DNA from: Heterodontus francisci
Taxonomy: Eukaryota
Direction: 5' to 3'
Length of the DNA: 64,000 nucleotides
Assembly (NCBI RefSeq): GCF_036365525.1
Contig: NW_027142032.1
Coordinates: 434,001-498,000 of the forward strand
Part shown: positions 51,753 through 63,368 of the stretch, piece by piece
How the letters are laid out: every line of letters starts with the position of its first letter
How positions within the stretch are numbered: position 1 is the first letter of the stretch
Translations under genes and position numbers: made by a program
The notes under the pieces: model-generated
Seen by the model: the letters and a program-made list of their open reading frames with translations, nothing else
Databases searched by the model: none
Told to the model about the DNA's origin: nothing

Positions 51753-53313
51753 GGATTACCACTGATATCTTACTGACATTAATAGCCTTTATAGCTATAC
51801 ATTATTGGAAAAAAAATCTTCCTGAGGGGGCCTAATTCCCTTTTCTATAACTGTTTTACAGTGTGTACATTTTTCAGCGAGCGTTCTGTGCGAAGCTTTG
51901 CTGTGACAATTTGCTATATGATTATTTCCCATTCAATTTTGCCATGTCAGTGTAATGACGCAGTTGCAGGTTTTGGCCACGAGTTAGCGCTCTGAAATAA
52001 AATTATATCTTCACTGAGGATAGGTCCCAGACCTGAAGTATTAACTCCACTTCTCTCTCCACAGATGCTGCCAGACCTGATGAGTATTTCCAGCACTTTC
52101 CATTTTAATTTCGGATTTCCATCTTCTGCAGTATTTTGCTGTATTATCTACCTTCACTTTCCCGAGTGAAAAGACTTCTTTAAGCCTCTCTAAACAACGT
52201 GTATCATCTGTTTACAGGGAATCCCCACTAATTATTGCCTCCCTTTATTAAAACCCCTATTTGTGTGTGAATTTTCAGTGCAGTTTCCAGTTGTCAGGAT
52301 TTTAGACCACACTACTGTGGTGGCATTTAACACAGCAACTAACTATGGAAGCAGTTACTTGTAATCATGAAAGTAGGGAAGCCTGGCTTGTCGTTATTAG
52401 GCATGTAGAATAACTGTTTATACTCTGTTGTGTTGTAGAATATGAAAAAAAAATTTGCAGCACCTGATGGTGTGCGGATTGGTGGCAATTAGTTCGTGAT
52501 GTCAAAGGTATGTTTTTTTTTCTCATTCTGTGTTTATCTGGTACTCTCAGAAACTCTGTCTTAGTTTTCTTCTCCCTGCCTGAAACAGTTAATGATTTAA
52601 TACATGCTAATGGATGAATTCCGTCATCAGGAATTCCTGCTTGAATTTTACTGAACTTCCTCTATTGGGATGATTTACATCGAGTCAATAAATATGGCTG
52701 TGTTGAAATCTTTTGGGGAGCCGAAGTGATTGTCACGATTTAATCTGTTTTTTAAAATATAAATATCATTCCAGATTCAGTACAGGATTGAAATGGATTT
52801 GAAGAATGTTGCAAATAGATGTAGGAGGGAACATAGACAACGCGTATTGGTGGAAACTGGGATGAAGTGTAAACTCTCAGGATTCTGTCGCAAGTGATAA
52901 TTGTAACTTGTTCTGTCAATATTAATAGAGTGAAAGATAATGTCATACAGATATGATCTGTGTTGACCATTTAAAGGGATTTGGAGATGGTCAATCTGAA
53001 TGAATTTAATTTGGCTATTATTTACAACTCTATAACTTTTAGATAGTTTCACCAATAGCCATCTTTCTGCTACGAATAATGAGTGAGGAATTAATGTATA
53101 TATCTTATGTTGAAGAGGAAAGTTACACAGCCCTTGATCTTTAGCATCAGGACAACCTTTAATTATAATGGTGACATTTAATAATGTCAAATTAATACTG
53201 CTTTATAGAATGGCGTGTAAAACAAGATCTTTCCCCTTCTGTATTTATTCCAATATGAAACTTTGCAGATATTCAGCAATTCGTCTATCATACCTTTGCT
53301 ATATTTCTTTGTC

Positions 53314-53669
53314 TTTTTTTTAGATTAGAGATACAGCACTGAAACAGGCCCTTCGGCCCACCGAGTCTGTGCCGAACATCAACCACCCATTTATACTAAT
53401 CCTACACTAATCCCATATTCCAACCAAACATCCCCACCTGTCCCTATATTTCCCTACCACCTACCTATACTAGTGACAATTTATCATGGCCAATTAACCT
53501 ATCAACCTGCAAGTCTTTTGGCTTGTAGGAGGAAACCGGAGCACCCGGAGAAAACCCACGCAGACACAGGGAGAACTTGCAAACTCCACACAGGCAGTAC
53601 CCGGAATCGAACCCGGGTCCCTGGAGCTGTGAGGCTGCGGTGCTAACCACTGCGCCACTGTGCCGCCCC
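53314..53669 (-). mobile_element. V-SINE (HE1-like), well preserved
   Basis: Complete head with A/B boxes (tggcgcagtgg; ggttcgattcc), V core, tail and terminal A run. Confidence 0.95.
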
Positions 53670-53711
53670 TTTTTAGCAATATTGATTCCACCTCCAGTTA
53701 ATATATCATGT

Positions 53712-53803
53712 TTAATCTATTCCCAGGATAACTGCAGTCTCAAAGAGGATGAAAGCGGAGAGACACAGACGATTTGGGATTGAATTGGATTTTAAAGAGA
53801 AAC
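53712..53803 (-). pseudogene. Candidate transmembrane exon of the Ig receptor (Arg-containing TM)
   Basis: Strong acceptor ttctgttccttctatattcttccag, then phase-1 GFSLKSNSIPNRLCLSAFILFETAVILGID*. Same strand and phase as the upstream Ig exons. Confidence 0.45.
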
Positions 53804-54210
53804 CTGGAAGAATATAGAAGGAACAGAATGTTAATGTGAATTTTCTCATACTTCCACCGCAATGACTAATAGAGACTTTTTCGGAAATCCTTTATAACAT
53901 TCAACGCACAAAGACAGGAATACCCTGATATTCGGAGGGAACATGAATGATCATTTTTTGGCAGATCTTTAATCTCCCTCTATTTCTCGTTGTCATTCAC
54001 TCTGCACAAACTGGAGTAATAATCCGGAAGCCTGTAACCAATGGTCCAGAGATATGAACTCATAACCCTCCAGAGAAGCTGTGAGAATTTAAATTCAATG
54101 ACTACATAAACCTGGAATAAAAATGTTTGTATCAGTAATGGGGATGGTGAAAATACCAGCTTGTAATAAAAGCCCATCTAGTTAACTGATGTTAGTGAGG
54201 GAATGAAAAC

Positions 54211-55228
54211 AGCATTCCGAAGGGATCGTTCCCTCCGCGACACCCTGGACCACTCCTCCATTACCCCCACCACCTCGTCCCCGTCCCAGGGCACCTTCCC
54301 CTGCAATCGCAGGAGGTGTAATACCTGCCCATTTACCTCCTCTCTCCTCACTATCCCAGGCCCCAAACACTCCTTTCAGGTGAAGCAGCGATTTACTTGT
54401 ACTTCTTTCAATGTAGTATACTGTATTCGCTGCTCACAGTGTGGTCTCCTCTACATTGGGGAGACCAAGCGCAGACTGGGTGACCGCTTTGCGGAACATC
54501 TCCGCTCAGTCCGCATGCAGGACCCTGAGCTTCCGGTTGCTTGCCATTTCAACACTCCCCCCTGCTCTCATGCTCACATCTCTGTCCTGGGATTGCTGCA
54601 GTGTTCCAGTGAACATCAACGCAAGATCCAGGAACAGCATCTCATCTACCGATTAGGCACACTACAGCCTGCAGGACTGAACATTGAGTTCAATAATTTC
54701 AGAGCATGACAGCCCCCCATTGTACTTTCATTTTTAGTCATTTTTAGTTATTTTTTCTTCCTTTTTTTTACATTCCTTTTTACATTTTTTACAATTTGTT
54801 TTGCATTAATTTCATTTCATCTTAGTTTGTTCAGTTTGCTTACCCACTGTTTTTTTTCAGGTTGTTTTTCTTCAGGTTTGCACTTGCTGCTGTTCAATAT
54901 TCAGTGTATTCACACCTAATCTGTACTAATGCTTTGTCTTTCAACACACCATTAACATATTGTTTGCCTTTGCTCCGTGACCTTTTGGTCAGCTATGTGG
55001 CCTGGTCCAATCTGCACCTTCTCCTTTGTTATCTCTTGCCCAACCCCCACCTCACTTGTTTATAATCTGTGACTTTTCTAATATTTGTCAGTTCCGAAGA
55101 AGGGTCACTGACCCGAAACGTTAACTCTGCTTCTCTTTCCACAGATGCTGCCAGACCTGCTGAGTGATTCCAGCATTTCTTGTTTTTGTTTCAGATTTCC
55201 AGCAGCCGCAGTATTTTGCTTCTATTTT
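54211..55228 (+). mobile_element. Penelope-like element 3' portion with open GIY-YIG endonuclease frame, inserted in a SINE
   Basis: ORF to 54709 reads CNRRRCNTC...VVYCIRCSQCGLLYIGETKRRLGDRFAEH...GLNIEF. Flanked by direct repeats AATGAAAAC (54202-54210 and 55229-55237). Confidence 0.92.
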
Positions 55229-56704
55229 AATGAAAACTGCCAACCTGGCTTGGTCTGGCCGACATGTGCCACGGTTCCAGAACAATGACTTTGACTCTCA
55301 ACTACCCTCCTAAATGGCCAAGCAAGTCACTCAGTGATGGACAATAAATGCTGGTTTTGTCAACGAGGCTCATCACACCCCACAATTTAAATTAAAATAG
55401 CGAGAGCGAGGCAGCTCACAAAATCTCCATTTTGTTGGTGGTAAAATCAAATTTGTATCACAGTGACAACACCGCCTTCATAGATTCCATGTTCAATGGA
55501 TAACTACGATCTTATTTGATGGAAATTGCTCCCATAAATATTTGGACAACAAATATAAGATTTACTGCACAAACAATTTCTCAAAATTTAAATAGTTTCA
55601 GGGAGAGGGCAGTTGACTGACTCCTACATTTAACAACAATTTAATACCTGCCTCTCAACGAAATTAGCAAGTAATTGACAACACATACTACAGTCTAGAG
55701 TGCTAATGGGAAAATGTAATAACCGAATGAGAGTAGTTCCTTCAATTCTGTAACACATCACATCATTGAATGTGGCTTATATTCTCTGCCTTGGTTCTTA
55801 AATGTAAGTATCCCAAATGCCTTCCTTACCACCTTATCACCCTGTGCAGCTGCCTTCAGTGATCTATGGACATGTACACCAAGATCCCTCTGACCCTCTG
55901 TACTTCCTCGGGTCCTACCATCCATTGCATATTTCCTTGCCCTTTTAGTCCTCCCAAAATTAAACCTTACGTTTCTCAGGATTAAATTCCATTAATTTTC
56001 ATTTGTTATTTGGGGTGATGTATAAGTATAGGAAGGAAGCACATTCATGTTAAAACAAAAGACACATGCTGGCGTAAATTTAGCCAAATGCACAATGCGG
56101 AAACAGGATGAGATCCGGTCGGCCGCCCATTTTACGCCCGACCCAATTTTCTGCTGACTATCAGTTGCTGCCTACAATGGGCGGCTGAGCTAAAAGCTCC
56201 CTTTTTGTGGCACCACCAGAGAAGGCTTTCGAGCCCAGAAGGTCCCTGAATTACATCACTACTCAGTGGGTCTCTCAGATGTGGAATACAGCATTCCTTC
56301 AGTACTGACTTATAATAGCAGTTGTAACAATCACAAGTTTAAACTCGATTAAAGTCAATGGAGGGTAAAATCTGATGGCGATGAAACTGGACACAGAGCA
56401 GAATTCACCTCGTTCCTGTTTGAAGGGTTTGGTTAAGATCTCTGCCCAGACTGTGATCTCATGTTCCTCGTCGGGTATCAATTCACAGAATTCCAGCGCA
56501 ATGCAGTACACATTTTAACAATACCCTATAATGGGCGTTAATTACTATGATACTGTTTTAAATGTCAGAGAATATTCCATTCCAATGCCTTTGATGGGAA
56601 ATAATGGAACAGGACGTAGAACAGTCGACTGATTCACCTTCAACCTCCTCTGCCTCCTCCTGCAGTCACCAGCATAACAGATGCCAGTCTTCAGCCAATC
56701 CTAT

Positions 56705-59257
56705 TCATAGAAACATAGAAAATAGGAGTAGGAGTCGGCCATTCGGTCCTCAGAGCCTGCTCCGCCATTCATTATGATCATGGCTGATCATTCAACTCAA
56801 TAACCTGTTCCCGCTTTCCCGCCACTTCCTCTGATCCCTTTCGCCCCAAGAGCTGTATCTAACTCCTTTTTGAAAACATGCAATGTTTTGTCCTCAACTA
56901 CTTTCTGAAGTAGCGAATTGCACAGGCTCACCGCTCTCTGGGTGAAGAAATTTCTCCTCATCTCAGTCCTGAAAGGTTTATCCCGTATCCTTAGATTACG
57001 ACCCCTGGTTCTGGACAACCCCACCATCGGGAACATCCTTCCTGCATATACCCTGTCAGGTCCTGTTAGAATTTTATAGGTTTCAATGAGATCACACTCA
57101 GTCTTCTGAACGCCAGCGAATATAATCCTAACTCACTCAATCTCTCCTCATACGTCAGTCTGGCCATCCCAGGAATCAACCTGCACTGCACTCCCACTAT
57201 AGCAAGAACATCCTTCCTCAGGTAAGGAGACCAAAACTACGCACAATATTTCAGGTGTGGCCTCACCAAGGCCCTGTATAATTGCAGCAATACATCCCTT
57301 GTCCTGTACTTGAATCCTCTCGCTGTGGAGGCCAACATATCATTTGTTCTTTTTACCACCTGTTGCACCTGCATGCTTACCTTCAGCGACTGGTGTACGA
57401 GAACACCCAGGTCTCGTTGCATATTCCTCTCTCTCAGATAATAGCCGTTCAGATAATAATCTGCCTTCCTGTTTTTGCTACCAAAGTGGATTACCACTTA
57501 TCCACATTATACTGCATCTTCCTGCATTTGCCTACTCTCTCAACTTGTCCAAATCACCCTGAAGCCTCTCTGCACCCTCCTCACAACTCACTCTCCCACC
57601 CAGTTTTGTGTCATCTGCAAATTTAGAGATATTACATTTAGTTCCCTCATCTAAATCATTAATGTATATTGTGATTAGCTGGGGTCATTGCACCGATTCC
57701 TTATGGCACCCCACAAGCCATTCGGAAAAAGACAAGTATTTTTCCCACTCTTTGTTTCCTGTCTGCCAAACAATTTTCCATCCATCGCAATGCACTGCCC
57801 CAATCCCATGCGATTTAATCTTATGTGGGTCTTTGTCGAAAGCCTTCTGAAAGTCCAAATGAACCACATCCACTGGCATCCCCTCATCAACTCTACTCGT
57901 TACATCCTCGAAGAGTTCTTGTAGATTTGTCAAGCATGATTTCCCTTTCATAAATCCGTGCTGACTCTGTCCGATTCGACCACTGTTCTCCAACTGCTCT
58001 GCTATAAAATCTTTGATAATGGAATCTAGAATTTTCCTCACTACTGACGTCAGGCTGACTGGTCTATAATTCCCCGTTTTCCCTTTCCCTCCCTTTGTAA
58101 TTAGTAAGGTTACATTAGCTTCCTGCCAATCTGTAGGAACTGTCCCAGAGTCTATAGAATCATGAAAGATGACCACCAATGCATCCATTATTTCTCAGAC
58201 AACTTCCTTAAGTACACAAGGTTGTAGATTATCAGGTCCTGGGGATTTATCGGCCTTCAATCCCATCAATTTCCCCAACACAATTTCTCTACCAATATTG
58301 ATTTCTTTCAGTCAGGGAGACAGTGGCGTAATGGTAATCTCATTGGACTGGTTGCCCAGGATAATGCTCTTGGGAAGTGTTATCGAATCCCACCACGGTA
58401 GATGGTGAAATTCGAATTCAATTAATAAATTTGGAATTAAAAAGCTAGTCCAGTGTGACCTTGGAATCGTTGTCGATTGTTGTAAAAATCCATCTCGCTC
58501 ACTAATGCCCTTTATGGAAGAAAATCTGCTGTGCTTACCTGGTCTGGCCTATATGTGATGACAGGTACACAGCAATGTGGTTGACTCTTAAAATGCACTC
58601 TGAAGTGGTCTCTCAGGCAATTAGGGATGGGAAGTAAATGCTGGCCAAGCCAGCGACGCCCATATCCCATGAACGAATAAAAAAAAGTTCCTCCCTCTCA
58701 TTAAACCCTGTGTTCCCCAACAGTTCTGGGATGTTATTTGTGTCCTCGTTTGTGAAGACAGAACCAAAGTATGCATTTTTTTGTTCGGCAATTTCTTTGT
58801 TCCCCATAATAAATTCCCCTGTTTATGACTGTAAGGGACCTATATATGTCTTCACCAATCTTTTTCTCTTCACATACCTATAGAAACATTTACTGTCAGT
58901 GTTTATGTTCCCCACAAGCTCACTCTCGTACTCTATTTTCCCCTTCGTAATCAATCCCTTGCTCCTCCTTTGCTGAATTCTAAACGGCTCCCAATCCTCA
59001 GATCTAATGTTATCTCTAGTTTCTCTTGTGAGCCATCGTTTGGCTATCTTTCCCGTTTTACTTTTGCACCAGACAGGAATAAACAATTGTTGCAATTCAT
59101 CCATGCTCTCTTTGAATGTTTGCCATTGCCTATCCACCGTAATCCCTTTAAGTAACGTTTCCCAATCCCTCATAGGCAACTCGCGCCTCATACCTTCATA
59201 GTTTCCTTTACTAAGATTCTGGACCGTAGTCTCAGAATCAACTACATCACTCTCCAT
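56705..59257 (-). mobile_element. CR1 LINE (another subfamily), degenerate, interrupted by a SINE
   Basis: GNYRPVSLTSVV, QHGFMKGKSCLTNL, LDFQKAFDK, RPHLKYC and RRNFFTQR. Confidence 0.92.
58313..58687 (+). mobile_element. SINE (second family), near full length
   Basis: tRNA-like head gggagacagtggcgtaatggt...tcgaatccc, core ggaagaaaatctgctgtgcttacctggtctggcc, tail identical in type to the L2-like LINE 3' end, and an A run. Confidence 0.88.
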
Positions 59258-59260
59258 ATT

Positions 59261-59606
59261 GGTGGCACAGTAGCGCAGTCGTTAGCACCACAGCCTCACA
59301 GCTCCAGCGACCTGGGTTCAAATCTGGGTACTGCCTGTGTGGAGTTTGCAAGTTCTCCCTGTGTCTGCGTGGGTTTTCTCCGGGTGCTCCGGTTTCCTCC
59401 CACAAGCCAAATGACTTGCAGGTTGGTAGGTAAATTGGCCATTATAAATTGCCCCTAGTATAGGTAGCTGGCAAGGAAATATAGGGACAGGTTGGGATGT
59501 GGTAGGAATATGGGATTAGTGTAGGATTAGTATAAATGGGTGGTTGATGGTCAGCACACACTCGGTGGGCCGAAGGGCCTGTTTCAGTGCTGTATCTCTA
59601 AACTAA
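59261..59606 (+). mobile_element. V-SINE (HE1-like)
   Basis: Head, V core and tail. Confidence 0.93.
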
Positions 59607-59620
59607 ATTCTGTCATATTA

Positions 59621-61058
59621 CTCACGTGATACCAAGAAACGTCTGAAAGCACTGTTTACTGCAAAAGCTATGGGCCCTAACAACATTCTAGCAATATTAC
59701 TGAAGACCTGTGCTCCAGATCTAGCCTCACCTCTAGCCAAACAGTTGAAGTACCACGAAAACACTGTCATCGACCTGCAAATGTAGAAAATCGTCCAGGG
59801 ATGCCCTGTGCACAAAAAGCAGGACAAATCCAATCTGGCCAATTACATCCCCATCAGTCAACTCTAAATGATCAGTGAAGTGTTGGAAGCTGCCATTAAC
59901 AGTGCTATCAAGCAGCATTTGCTTAGCAAGAACCTATTCTGTGACGCTCAGTTAGGGTTCCGCCAGGACCACCCAGCTCCTCACATCATTACCGCCTTGG
60001 TTCAAACATGAACACACGATATTAACTCAAGGGGCGAGGTGCGAGAGACTGCCCTTGACATCAAGGCAGCATTTGACTGAGTATGAGGGTGCGGTTATTG
60101 GAGGTCAATCATCTCAGCTCCAGGAAATCACTGCAGGGTTTCCTCAGGGTAGTACCCTGGTCCCAACCATCTTCAGCTGCTTCATCAATGACCTTCCTTC
60201 AATCATAAGGACAGAAGTAGGGATGTCAGCTGATGATTGCACAATGGTCAACACCAGTCACGACTACTCAAATGCTGAAGCAGCCCATGTCCATATGCAG
60301 CAAGACCTGGACAACAATCAGTCTTGGTGTGACAAGTGGCAAGTAACATTCGCGCCACACAAGTGCCAGGCAATGGCCATCTCCATAAAAAGGGAATCTA
60401 ACCATCTCCCCTTGACATTCAATGGCATTGCAATCACTGAATCGCCCTCCACCAACATCTTGGGGTTAAGCATTGACCTGCAACTGAACTGCACCAGCCA
60501 TATTAATACCATGGCGAGGAATCCTGCTGCAACTAACTCATCCCTGACTGCTCAAAGCCTATGCACCATCTACAATGCACAAGTCAGGAGTGTGATGGAG
60601 ACTCTCCACTTGCTTGGATGGGTGCAGCTCCAGAAACATTCAAGGAGCTCGATACCATCCAGGACAAAGCAGAACGCTTGATTGGCTCCCCATCCACAAT
60701 CGTTCACTCCCTCCCCCACCGACGCACTATAGCAACACACCAAGAGTCCTTCGACAGCATGTTCCAAACACACAACCTCCAGCAGCCAGAAGGACAAGGG
60801 CAGCAGATGCAAGGGAACACAAACAGCTCCAAGTTCCCCTCCAAGGTGCACACCATCCTGACCTGGAACTATATCATCGATCGTTCACTGTCGCTGGGTC
60901 AAAATTCTGGAACTCCCTTCCGAACAGCACTGTGCATGTATGTGCCCCACATGACTGCAGCAGTTTGAGAAGGAAACGCACCACCACCTTCTCAAGGGCA
61001 GTAAGGGAAGAGCAATAAATGCTGGTCTAACCAATGATGCCCACATCCCATCAATGAA
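59621..61058 (+). mobile_element. L2/CR1-clade LINE (second family) RT and 3' end, degenerate
   Basis: GFPQGSTLVPTIFSCFINDLP..MSADDCT, WCDKWQVTFAPHKC and the family tail. Confidence 0.9.
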
Positions 61059-61315
61059 TACAAAATCAGTTTTCTCTGGTTCCCGGGATGCATTTCCCCC
61101 CTCAAACCCTTATCAGCTGTAGATTGCCATCGGTTGAATTTAGACCCAATGTGACAGGGCTCAGATCGAAAGTTAAGCTTTGAGTTAAAAAAAAAAAACT
61201 TCCACTGTATTGTTCTCACTTCATATTAAACCATTGATTGTGTTACAGTGAATGCAGCATGACTTTTGGAAAATATTAACATCTTTGAGAAAGGTTATCG
61301 ATTCTCTTTACTCAC

Positions 61316-61590
61316 CTGTTATAGTCACCCTCACAGCCTCGCTGAGTTGGGATACTAACCGCTTTCCATTGATGGATGTTTCGTATTTGTATTGGTACTG
61401 CCCTCGGAGATACATTCAGCAAACTCTGAGTTCCACAGGTTGCCCTTGGTGATGACAGCATTCGGCTCTTTCTGTAAAAGTGGAACGTTCTTTGGTGATA
61501 ATCTCGGGTCATGATGCAGGTAGTGCTCCTCTCCTGTTACATACACCCCAGTCCGTTGATTAAGAGATATCACAGGCATTGTTTGCGGAT
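61316..61590 (-). pseudogene. Ig exon C (paralog of exon A), frameshifted
   Basis: Acceptor tttgctacag, then DPQTMPVISLNQRTGVYVTGE/TTCIMTRDYHQRTFHFYRK/VITKGN/GQYQYKYETSINGKRLVSQLSEAVRVTIT, ending at g|gtgag. Phase 1 at both ends. Confidence 0.8.
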
Positions 61591-62399
61591 CTGTAGCAAA
61601 ATAAAATGAAAGAAGAGTAACAAATGGATGTTTGAATTTTCAAGTACAGTACATATTGATAAAACAATACCGAGTGCACTGCATTGAAGGGAAGTGGGCT
61701 GAGATTCAACAGAAGGAGTTTTCAAGATTTGTTACAAATGAAACGAAAAAACAGAGTTTGCATTTCTGTAGCTCATCCCATGAACTCAGAAGGTCCCAAA
61801 GCACTTTACAGCTAAGTTAGGTAGTTAGGTTGTTAGGTCATGAATTTTAAGATTTTGATCTATCAGCGATGATGCTAGAATGATACATATCTAATTCAGG
61901 ACGGTGTGTGACTTGGAGGGGAACGTTAAGGTGATGGTGTTCCTCTGCATCTGCTGCCCTTGCCCTTCTTGGTGTTGGAGGTCGCGTGTTTTGGAGGTGC
62001 TGCTAAAATGCAATCTCCTGAGATACATGGAAACACCCCAATGTAATGACATTAAAATATTGGGCTTTGCGAGATAATTTTGAAAATCTCGGTCTACAGA
62101 TTCCCTTCGCTAACAGAGGAACCTGTGGTCGGATCAGGGCACACAGAATGGAGGTGACTCTTGAAATAACACTGCACAAAGAGGGATTTAATCCCTGTTG
62201 CCGTGTTGTCAGTGTGAACCTAAATGTTGATAATTCAGACATGTCGGGGTAAAATTGGTCTTGGACCAATTTGGAGCGGATTGTAATAATTCGGTTTTAC
62301 ATTCCTATTTCAATTGTAAACACAGTCAGGTGGTGTCTAAGACGGGCAGCAGAATCATTACCCCCCACTTTGCAATAGACTTAGCAGACATTTCAGCAT

Positions 62400-63045
62400 C
62401 GGATATTGTCAGAGCAAACAATTAAGAAGGTAGAGGGTATGTTGTAATTTGGTTCAACGGGATTGGAGTACAAGAATAAAGGAATCGTACTGCAATTTTA
62501 CAGGGCATTTCAGAGGCACACCTGGATTACCGCGTGCAGTCTTGGACTATTTACTTAAGAAGGGATAGACCTGTCCTACAGGGTGGGCGATGAAGGTCCA
62601 CTAGACTGGCTGATGGGTGAGGAGATTGTCCAATGTGAAGAGATTGAGTCGACTAGACAGGAGTTTAGGATAAGAAGAGGCGATCTCCCTGAAACTGAAA
62701 TGTCTTAAGCTGCTGCACATTATAGGTGCTGAGGGAATGTTTACCCAGGCTGGAGAATCTAGACAAAGTGTCACAGTCACAAAATACATGATCAGCCATT
62801 CCACAGTGAGATGAGGAACACTTTCGTCACCCAGAGTGTTGTGAATCTTTGTAATTCTCTACCCCAGAGGTTTGTGGATGGTTAGTCATTGACTATATTC
62901 AAACAGAGGTCGATAGATTTTTGGGTACTGAGGGAATTAAGGGATATGGGCAGAGTGTGGGAAGGTGGAGTTGAGTAGAAGATCAGCCATGCGCAAATTG
63001 AATGACAGAGCAAGCTGGAAGCACCGAAGAACCTCCTCCTGCTCC
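62400..63045 (+). mobile_element. Old CR1 LINE 3' remnant
   Basis: cacctggattaccgcgtgcagtcttgg and gagatgaggaacactttcgtcacccagagtgttgtgaatct. Confidence 0.75.
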
Positions 63046-63109
63046 AATACGTATGTTTTTATGTTCAACAATGTCCTATGTTATTAGCGTGAAAGATATT
63101 GAACCTCAC

Positions 63110-63368
63110 CCGCAACCGGTAACTTCACGGTATCGCTTAGATCTGAGATGATCTCCCTTCTGACACTGTCTTTCTGTAAACACAGCAGTAATCTACTGAC
63201 CCGGGAGACACCAGGTCTGTGATGTCAAAGATAACCCAATATGCAGATAGATTGGCTGTGCCTGTTCTGATTAGCTCTTTTTGGCTTCCTATGTACAAAG
63301 AGAATCTGCTTCCTGAATCTGAAGACGTTGCTTCACAGGTAAACCTGACTGACTCTCCTTTCACAAAT
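63110..63368 (-). pseudogene. Ig exon B, 3' half
   Basis: FVKGESVRFTCEATSSDSGSRFSLYIG...VIFDITDLVSPGSVDYCCVYRKTVSEG/IISDLSDTVKLPVA, ending at g|gtgag, with one frameshift. Begins with ATTTGTGAA directly after the transposon end. Confidence 0.82.

Noticed and set aside
52777-53190. 137-aa AT-rich minus-strand ORF, considered as a viral or cytoplasmic-tail remnant
   Set aside because: No recognisable motif, and stops lie immediately upstream in frame. More likely 3' UTR-like sequence downstream of the TM candidate.
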